Virus record (IMG/VR): IMGVR_UViG_3300032315_001401
Coordinates: 96,001 to 160,000 of that record
From: a virus
Length of the DNA: 64,000 nucleotides
Reading direction: 5' to 3' (one strand)
Shown here: positions 54,932 through 64,000 of the stretch, piece by piece
How positions within the stretch are numbered: position 1 is the first letter of the stretch
Layout: every line of letters starts with the position of its first letter
The notes under the pieces: generated by a model
Databases searched by the model: none
What the model was told of the DNA's origin: nothing
Seen by the model: the letters and a program-made list of their open reading frames with translations, nothing else
Position numbers and translations under genes: made by a program

Positions 54932-57900
54932 TTAAGTGATTACTTATAAGATAATTTATTAAAGTTCATTTAGTCAGTTCCAGCATATTTCATATGAGTA
55001 TCATATCCACCTCTACTATAACCTTTATCATAGGACAAAATCATCAATTTTCGTATATCTCTCCATACAGCAGTAGGAAGTGGATAAAATTCCATAAGAG
55101 CATCAAGTTGATCTAAAAGTTCAGGAATTTCTTCAAATTTTTGTTCTAATGTCTGGGGAGTTGGTTGATATTCAGTCATCGGTTCTGGTAAAAAACCTTC
55201 ATGGATAATTCGTGGTTTTGGAAACTCTGGTTTATTCATCATATCTCCGCATCAATAATCATAAAATTGATCGGTTACTTTATAATCTTTATCCCGCACA
55301 CGACCAGCATAAGGATCAATGGAACTTACAGATTCTTCCATATCAGGAACAACTTCATAACGGTAAATATAATCGGCATTTCCACCACAATCAACAGAGA
55401 TTACATTTCCGTCAGGTAAAGTACCAATATAATTGAAAGTGTACTTATAGTAACTTGAAAATTTCACCTTTACTTCACCGTATTTTTCAATAAATTCTTC
55501 TTTTGTCATTTTAGGTCAGCAGGGTTGTTTGTCTATGAGAGTATTATACGACAAAAGGCACCCGTTTTCAAGTGCCCCTGTGCCAGTTCTTCAAGTGTCC
55601 TTCTCTACCTCTTTTTCCAGTTGCTTATAAAGAGCATATTCGTATCCACACAAAAATGCACTTTCCACCCAACTGATAAGAATTTGTTTCCTTTGGTTCT
55701 CATCCTCAATTTTTATGTCGTCCATAAAGTATTCATACCGATATGTAAATCTACCATAAAAATCTTCATAAAACCACTTGTTAAATGAAAGTTGAGCATC
55801 TTCTTGGGGGTCAAGATATTCATTAGCAGGATGTTTCATAGTGTATCAAAAGGTTGTTGTGCGTCTTGATACCATACTCTACTAAAACACAACCATTTCT
55901 CTGTGTCGTGCTCCATCTGTGCCATCCAGTGCAAACCTTCAGTATCTACAGCATCAAGATAATGAACACCAGTCTTGGGGCAGATGACTCTGGATACTTG
56001 TGTGAATTTTAGTTTGTTAGTCATCATCAGAACTCCAAGTATTCATTTTGGTGCTTACATTACTACTTTCCCAACCTTCATCGTATCCTACTTTGAAACC
56101 TTCTGTGTAGATTAATGCAGAAAATTTCAAGAGTTGTTTTTTGGTTGATGTAATATTATCTGGAAATTCATCAAACCCACAGGTTTTAGCAAGTTTTAGG
56201 ATTTGTTCGTCAGTCATTCTTCCAAACTCTTAATACATTTTTGAATCAGGTCATTCCATCTCTTTGGAGTAAGTTTCTCACTCGCATAAGAACTCCTAAA
56301 AGGATACTTATACCAAGTCAAACGGAAGTTTTCACTTGGGATTTCAAAGTTAGGTTTATCCATTTCATCTTCTTCATCACCCCAATAATAAGGACGGATG
56401 ATAAAGAAATCGTTGGAGAAATGTGGAGTGTATCCATAATCTTTTTCTCCTGTCTTTTCTGTAATCGCATCAATAAGGATTTGGAATGGACCACCCATCC
56501 ATTTCTCACGAGGAACACTATATTCCTCTGTGGGATTTCCAAATAACATTTGTCCGATTTCAAGTTCAGTCATTTTCTTTCATACAAGGGTATTCAAACT
56601 TTTCACCAATACATTCTAACATAGTGCGGGCAAAGGTAATCTCACCATAAGCACAACCATCTTCAAAGGCATCATCATAACTACCAGCACTTGGAGTATA
56701 ATCATCTCCATATACATCATAGCAGTGTTTTACCTCTGCGAATTCTTTGAGAACCTTGAGGAGAAGTGTGAGTTTTTCTTCGTTAGTCATTTCAGTCATT
56801 TTTCATCATCATCAAAAATTACTCTACTGCTACAATTGTTTAGATAGTTCCAAAACCACCACATATCATCAGCACCCATATATTCTTCATACTTTTCACC
56901 ATATTCACTATAATAAATGTGAGGATACATTACTCTAAACCACCAATCAAAACACCATCTCCACATCAATCTTCGCAACCAGAATTGTTGAAGTTCATAT
57001 GGAAGTTTCATTTCAATCCACTCATACAAATGGAACAAAGACAATCATCAGTTTTAGGAACTCTAAACATTATGTGATTTCCAGAGCAACAATCTCTATC
57101 ACCACATTTCATACAATTATCACAAACCCACTCTTTTTGATTACGACATTTGACGAAATCTTCAAGAGTATAGTTTTGAAGAAGGTTAGACATCAGGTGT
57201 CTGTGTGTATGAGAGTATTATAAGGCATCCAGAGACACCCAGAGCATCCCCTGTGCCAGTTCTTCAAGTGTCATTCAGGTTCTCCAAAGCATCAATAAAA
57301 TATTCTACACAATCTTTAGGAATACGAAATTCTGTTGTTTTTGAAAGTGGTTGTTCAAAATAAACAATTCTTACAAAATCTACCTCTTCCCAAAATTGAA
57401 AACTCCAACCTTCTTCTTCATTTTGAATGATTTGTTGTTTTTTGATGTTGTATTTCATTTAGTTTTTACACCTCTTCTTCTATCGTGTTCGTCAACTCTT
57501 GCCTTATCAACATTTCTACCCCAAATATCATATCCTTGTGTTTGAATGAACTTTTTGTTCCTTTCATCTTTCTTTTCAAATCTGTTCATTTCAATTCCTC
57601 AATAAGTTCATCACGCATTTGTTTGAGATTGTCTCCTGCCCAAATGTCAAGAGTTCTGTCGGCAAGTTTAACTGCTTCCCAAAGTTTAGGATAGTTCCTC
57701 CAATCTACTACATCCTCATCAAGAGCAATCAGCAACTCAAGAATACAGAGTTTGTAAAGTTTTTCTTGGTCAGTCATTTCAGTTCTGGTGTTGTTTGAGG
57801 TGAAGTTGGATACATTCCATAACATTATCAAGAGTTAGAGCACTACCCTCATAGTAGTAATCCATATTCATTACATCTGTGACTTTGAGTTTGTAATAAA

Positions 57901-58674
57901 ATCTATCATCAGGGAAATACTGGTGGATGTCGATGTGAGTTTCGTAGTCCATCGGTTTGGTTGCTTATGAAGTCATTATAGACCAAAAGGAGCACCTGTG
58001 GGATGCTCCTGTGCCAGTTCTTCAAGTGTCCTCACCAAAGTTCTTATAAATCGCATCCACCCATATCTTATCAATATATTTCCTATCTTCATCAGTAATC
58101 ATATTTGCTCTCATATACTCTTCAAAGGTGATGTTATTATCATCCAAGTATTTTTGGAGTTCTTTGAGAGTTTCTTCAGGGTTCATTTCTCATCACCCTC
58201 TGGTTCTTCGGCAGTTACATAGGTGACTTCCATATCAGCATAAGCAAGAATATCCATAATCTTATTCATAGTTCTTGCCCTTACATCATCTGGAAACTTT
58301 CCACCATAATTCACAGTTATCAAACTATGATAGATTATATCGTGAATAACATATAAATCAGCAGCAGTTAGTTTCATTTTTCATTTCCAAAATGTTCAAG
58401 TAAAGCACGAGCAAGTCCTCTTACGATTTCTTCATCATACCACCAATCTTCACCATCACTCAAATAACCTTGAATAAAATTATCAAGTTCTTCGTCTGTT
58501 GGTTTAGTCATTTTTCTACCTTTCGTGGGTCTTTACCTTTATGCCAAATAGTATGAAGTTCATCAACACGATTTTCCCAAATCATAGTATCTACAATATA
58601 GTCATATGGGGTTTCATAAGTATCTTCATACACTTCTCTAATGAAGATAGATTTATTTACTGATTGGGGGTATT

Positions 58675-59202
58675 TCATTTCTCATCCACCCATCTAATAG
58701 AAAGACATTTATTCATAAACCACCGAGTAATAGCATTCGGTTTAGTCGGCATATAGAACCTCAAATAACCATTTCCAATCGTATAATAACCTTCGTGTTT
58801 ATTTCCTTGTTTGATTATAAAACTGGAAGCAATATTATTTGTTCCAAGAGAAGTGCTATAAGTTAGTATAGATTTTTGTGGAAATTGTCCGTGTTCCTTC
58901 GCATACTCAAAGTTCTCAATAATTCTATTGAACTTTGTTTCATACAAAGTTTCAGCAATATACTTTGACTTATAAAAACTATTCTTCGTTCTCTCAATCA
59001 AATCATCAAACTTCTCCTCACATTCTTGTTGGATTTCTTCTAATGATTTGGGTGGTTCGGGAATATCAAGATAAGGTTTGATTACATCAAAATACTCAAA
59101 ATCTTCTGTGTAATAAAAAGCACCACAAACATAAGGAAGAATACTTTGAGGTGCTCCTTTGAGTTTTTTTGGATTGAGTTTATATCCTATTTTTTCAGTC
59201 AT
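58675..59202 (-). CDS. Hypothetical protein
   Basis: ORF track, 175 aa. Confidence 0.55.
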   Translation of the reverse strand: MTEKIGYKLNPKKLKGAPQSILPYVCGAFYYTEDFEYFDVIKPYLDIPEPPKSLEEIQQECEEKFDDLIERTKNSFYKSKYIAETLYETKFNRIIENFEYAKEHGQFPQKSILTYSTSLGTNNIASSFIIKQGNKHEGYYTIGNGYLRFYMPTKPNAITRWFMNKCLSIRWVDEK

Positions 59203-62200
59203 TTTTCATTCTCATTAATAGGGGGGGGGGCAATCAATCCTGGTGGAATTACATACCAGATAATGTTGTTTGTTTTGCGAATATCTGTTAGAGCATACAT
59301 AAACTCATCAATAGTATTGAAAGATAATACTTCAAAGTCCTCTTCTTGATGAAGAGAAATCTTTTTATTTTGAATATCTACCACATATTTTATTGGAGTT
59401 TTAAGGAGTTCAGTCATTGGTGATAATAATCCCAAATCCGTTGTTCCACCAATTCTAACACATCAGGAGGCACATATGAAGTGTCTGTGGTTGTTGGAAG
59501 TTTTGCGACTTCCTCACAGATAAGTTCCAGTTCCATTAGGGTATAGTCAATCATTCTTCAATCTCCACATTTCCCCAACGATGAAGTGCTTCACGAATAG
59601 TATTTCTAACTTCGGGATAAAGATTGTAATACCCTCCAATCTCATCCCAAAGTTCATCAATTTGTTCGTCAGTTGGTTCAGTCATAATCAATAATCAACT
59701 CCTTCTACTCTATTATCCCAATTTGGTCTCATTACACCTTTTTTATCCCAATTTGCTCTCACATCTTTAAACCTAAAATCATAAAGTCGTTGAACAGCAC
59801 CATTGCGATTTATGATTTCGTTTTCCAACTGACGAATGTAGATATAAACTGGTTCGGGCACTTCAAAGTTTTGAAGGTCTTTATAGGGCATAATGTAGCA
59901 CGAAATGTAGGATTTAGTCATTTCACTTCACCTCATTATAAAATACAGGAACTTCACCACAAATAGAATTTGCTGAATTAATCACGGTATAAGACTTCCT
60001 ACATTCTATCACAATCTCATAAGATTTCAAGAACATCTCCCTATCCTTTTGAGTATTGTAAGTGTTTAGTAGTTCCATAGAAAGGAAATAACCAGTGACG
60101 ATAAGAAGTGGAATGATGAGAGTGAAAATAAAGAGTTTCACAGTGCCTCCAATTCATCAACAAGTTCAAGAATATTCTTTTCAGTAATACCAATATATTT
60201 AAGTTGATTGACTAACTCACGGAGAGAAGAAGAAAGTGCTTCTTTCATATCATCTGTGGGTTCTACAATCAATTCTGCTTTGAATGTTTCCCAGATTTGG
60301 TATGCTGTGTTAGTCATTGTGGTTCTCCAAAAAGTCCAGTGTATCCAGTGGAATAAGATGTTTCGTAGCAACCATCATCATAACCCATTTGATAGATTTT
60401 TTGGGCAAACTTCAAGAAGTCTTTTTCATCACATTCCCAGTAAATGTCGTGTGTTGTTTTACATATGTGTCTATCAAACCCATAGGTGTTAGCAAGTTTG
60501 ATGACTTCTTCATCTAAAATCATTAGAGTGCCTCCAGTTCCTCACACAATTCTAACACATCAGCACACATAATCACACCAGGACTTTGTTGGAGTTGGTT
60601 GATAGTTTCACGGAGAACATTAGCAATCGCATCATCATTAAGTTTTTCAATAATAAAATCTTGTCTTTTATCTGCGAAAGTGAGATAAAATGCTTCCCTA
60701 ATCGTTTGTGCTCTTTCAGTCATATTAGTAATTTTAGTTTTTTTGAGAGGACCATAAACTTGTTCCATTAGATTTTGGAAATCCTTTTCAATACCAAACA
60801 TTAGAGTTCCTCCAATTCATCAATGATACCATCAATATCTTTCAAACAATCATCATAACCAAGAACATACATCACATTTAGTTCATCCTTAAAATCAACA
60901 GGATTTTGTCCTGATAGTTGCTTACGAAGATGTTGAAGAACCTCTTGAAGCATCCAAGCAGTATTGTGTGCTTCACTTTTACAAATAACTTTTAGGAGTT
61001 CTTCTGCTCGTTGTTGATTAGTCATTTCAGTTCTTAAAGAGTTTGTAGATTGCGTCTGCGAGTGCGAGTGCCTCTTCTTTATCCATAGTAATATGATTAA
61101 CTCGTTTATCTCCTTCTCCCTTGCGAATTTCCCAATAGGAAATGGTGAAACCTTCACAACCTACATCAAGGTTAAGATCTTCAGCAGTATACCAATAATC
61201 TGCGTGGTTTTGGATGCGAATTTGAGTTGTGATGTCAATCATCAGATGTCCTTGTGTATGAGAGTATTATAAGGCACTCACAGGGTCTGTGGTGAGGTCT
61301 TGTGCCAGTTTAGAAAGTGTCCTTCTTTATAGATTTCTCCACAATCTCTAATAATTTTTTAGGAGTAATGGAACGAAGTGCTTCATTTTCTTTTCGCAAT
61401 CTTTCAACTTCCTTTCTAATTTGTTTGTTGTCTTCTCTAATTTGTTTGATTTCTTCTCTAAAACCAGACAACCAATCAGTCATAATACATTTCCTCTTCA
61501 TACTTGACATAATCTGTGCAAAGATTACAGAAGAAATCTCCACCATTATCTTCTGGATGTGTCATACAATACACCCACTCACTCCAACATTCACCAAACC
61601 AATAATACCCAGCAGAAAGTTTCTCAAAGAAATTCATAGGACGATTGTAGAGTTTCGTCATTTTTCTTCCCGATTACTAATAAAAACTTTGAGAGTTCTT
61701 CCGTCATCCTGAAAAGACAACTCTACCTTATTGTTGTCATCCCAATTCACATAAGACCTTCCATCTTGGTCAATCACTTCTACACGGGTTACATTATCAG
61801 TTGAGTAAGTCATAATACCTCACACAAAGGGAAAACTTTTATACTACTTATAAATCCTGGTTTTGTGTATTTTTCTCTGTAATCTGCTGCGAATACTTTT
61901 GCTTCTTCTTTGGTTTCAAAAACTCCAAAGTATCTATGAAGTCCTTCTACACCCTCATATTTGTTATAAAGTCCCACTATCCACTTATGAGAATGTTCTG
62001 GGTATGTGTCGTTTTCGGCAATCCAGTCGTAGTATGCGTCCTTATTCATTCCACCCCCCAAAGTATTCAGTGAAAAATTCAAAAGCAAGAGATTGTTTGT
62101 TGTTATTAAGTTCTACACCAAAAAAAGAACTGGCAAGAAAAGAAAGTGTGATATGAAATCCACCAGAAGACCAATGATGAGCAGTAGGATTTTCATAATT

Positions 62201-63477
62201 CACCCACAGGAATGAACGATTTTTGAAGATACCAAACTGCCAAGTATGAGAGGTTTCACCTTCATCCCAGACTTTTTTATCGTATTGAAAGAGTTTCATT
62301 TCCTCACCTCACAAGCAGGAGTCATACCAACTAAGGTTGCAGCAAGTTTCAATCCACCAAGCACCGCAGTTGGAGCAATAAAAATCAACAACAGAATGCC
62401 AAGTGGAATGGCAACATATTCTTCAAAAAAACTTTTCATCACAGCAACTCCATTTTACATTTACCATTCACATCATAAACCACTTTGACTTGATAATCTA
62501 CTGACATATCTGCTCTCCACATAGCATCTTTGAACTCTTGTGTTTCTTTTTCTGGGTATTTGGGAACAATTTTCATATTCTCATCATACTCATTACAATT
62601 CACATCACCAAGATAATGGAGATTTAGATAACGACGGAGTTGTTGTCTTTGTTCGTGGTCAAGTTGAATTCTTACAAATGTGATGAATTCGTTTGATACT
62701 GGGAGTTCTTCGTTAGTCATTCTACAATCAGGCAATAACGACATTGGAAAGCAAAAGTTTCTTTTTGCCAGATTTTCTTCACACCATTTTCTTCCCAAGA
62801 ATACACAACTTCATACCAAGGGTCTGTGCTTCCATAAGAATTGAGACCTTCAACGGTCACATAACCTTTAGAACCATCTGCCCGTGCCCAACGAGAACCA
62901 ACTTGGATTTCGTGTGGTTTGAAGAAATGACGGACAACTGCTTTGCGTCCATCTATAATTTCGGTTTCGTAGTCCATCGGTTTGGTTGCTTATGAGAGTA
63001 TTATAAGGCAAAAAGGGGTCTTATGGAGACCCCCTGTGCCAGTTTAGAGATTGTCCTCTTCCTGCTTTTCAATATCAAAGATTGCATTTAGAAACTCCAA
63101 ACCATACTTACCCACAACCCACGCATCTTTATCCTCAAAGAACCTATCACCAATGGTTCTCATATCATAACACTCTTTGCCTTTATCAAAGAAGGCAATC
63201 ACATAACAGTTCTCTTGTCCTGAACCATTAGATTGATACCACTTGACGAGTTCATACTTGTTGTTGCATTTACTCCAACGGAACTCAATGTTACGAAATC
63301 TCATTGTTCTCCAACATAGTTTTAATTTGTTGGAGGTCTTCTATTCTTTGTTTAGTAAGGTCGTATTGTTCTACATACCAATCAATATCATTGACTTCGT
63401 GATTGGTTTCTTCACGAATGTCCCATTCAAGACATTGTAGGTGTCCTTCTTGGTCTTGTATGAAGTAGTTGAGAGTA

Positions 63478-63762
63478 TCAAGGAGTGACATTTTCGGGAA
63501 CAGGGGGAGGAGGTGTTACTGGTGGTAGTATAGCAGGTTGTGGTGCTACTGTTTGAACTGTAGGTGGTGGAAGTTTGACTGGTTCTGGAGCAACTTGTGG
63601 TTGTTGTGCTTGGTCAAGTTTCTTTTCCAACTCCATTACCTTTTGGTCCAATGGACTCAAAGGAACTTCTTTTTGCGAATCTGCAAGTTTCCAACCAGTT
63701 GCACCGGCAGCAAAGATACTTGCGAGAGCAGCAAAGACTGAAATTGTTTTAGAAAAACTCAT
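63478..63762 (-). CDS. Membrane-anchored, proline-rich hypothetical protein
   Basis: N-terminal hydrophobic helix, a coiled coil and a Pro/Gln-rich tail. Confidence 0.6.
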   Translation of the reverse strand: MSFSKTISVFAALASIFAAGATGWKLADSQKEVPLSPLDQKVMELEKKLDQAQQPQVAPEPVKLPPPTVQTVAPQPAILPPVTPPPPVPENVTP

Positions 63763-64000
63763 TCAATAACCTCCCAATGTGCGTCAGATTTGTCACCGAA
63801 ACGATTAGTGCCAGTTCTTGTGCTTACCCAGAAGAAGTATTTGCGATTTTCTGATGCCAAGAACAACTCACCACCAGTATCCTGCTCTACAATACAGACA
63901 GGGTTACTGTCCATAATGTTAGCAAGACGATTCTTCGCTTTGCTGGACTTTGGTTTGACTGTTACTTTTCTCATTTTGAATCTCAAGTTTCAGTTTGCGA

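Larger units (their letters stand above)
31641..63057 (-). promoter_or_regulatory. About 20 dispersed early-promoter cassettes: GTGCCA-N10-TG[GT]CAC palindrome, 30-32 nt spacer, -10 box
   Basis: Palindrome starts (plus coordinates): 31641, 31903, 32854, 33542, 33866, 34839, 35105, 37863, 38680, 39985, 40177, 43127, 44534, 54433, 55580, 57253, 58011, 61302, 63036. The gap to the TATAAT/TACAAT/CATACT-type -10 was 30-32 nt in every copy measured. Confidence 0.85.
51818..63986 (-). other. Dense array of more than 40 small hypothetical ORFs (hypervariable early/middle region)
   Basis: Head-to-tail minus-strand ORFs with overlapping start/stop codons, many starting MT, interrupted by six promoter cassettes. 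Confidence 0.75.

Noticed and set aside
59221-59230. G10 homopolymer as a phase-variation switch
   Set aside because: It encodes Ala-Pro-Pro-Pro six codons before the stop of a 78-aa ORF, so slippage would change only the tail. There is no evidence of variation without reads.
31641-63057. TGGCAC as a sigma54 -24 element
   Set aside because: No TTGC -12 element at the required spacing; the hexamer is half of a palindrome; cyanobacteria lack RpoN.
109-63769. The many plus-strand ORFs in the ORF track (e.g. 32187..32903, 36492..37139, 38744..39505, 42570..43097, 54425..54949)
   Set aside because: All overlap well-supported minus-strand genes, show no recognisable motifs and have no upstream promoter or SD; they are antisense shadows.
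1-64000. tRNA genes, introns/homing endonucleases, integrase and stop-codon reassignment
   Set aside because: No T-arm or cloverleaf pattern, HNH/GIY-YIG/LAGLIDADG motif or recombinase motif was recognised by eye. Conserved genes end at the expected TAA, TAG or TGA. A tRNAscan/Infernal run would be needed to exclude RNA genes fully.

Overview
This 64 kb window comes from a T4-like cyanomyophage, probably infecting freshwater picocyanobacteria. Host evidence is cp12, an NblA-like ORF, a cyanobacterial-type HLR1 site and cyanobacterial-type DnaA boxes. Essentially all genes lie on the minus strand. 1-26.5 kb is the late structural module: gp14, gp13, a 2431-aa DUF4815 virion protein, gp8, a 3980-aa gp7, gp6 and gp25, with T4-type late promoters. 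A 58-aa NblA-like ORF missed by the ORF track sits inside this module. 26.5-29.1 kb carries speD, an ATP-grasp protein, a glycosyltransferase and an AbrB-like gene. From 29.2 kb to the end is the early/host-takeover region of many small ORFs. It is punctuated by about 20 copies of a promoter cassette (GTGCCA-N10-TG[GT]CAC palindrome, 30-32 nt often hairpin-forming spacer, -10 box), and its first ~2.7 kb is strongly GC-rich. This region also contains: (i) an origin- or switch-like non-coding locus at 35.43-35.90 kb with six palindromic repeats, back-to-back sigma70 promoters, iteron-like repeats, three in-phase TTTTCCACA boxes and an AT-rich tract; (ii) two beta-class DNA methyltransferases and a restriction-endonuclease-like gene; (iii) cp12, downstream of a perfect HLR1 (RpaB) site; (iv) a very AT-rich 5.1 kb cassette of Fe(II)/2OG oxygenases, a methyltransferase, a cupin and a tandem paralog pair. 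No tRNA, rRNA, CRISPR array, integrase or transposase was recognised. All family calls are from motif recognition by eye; no database search was run.
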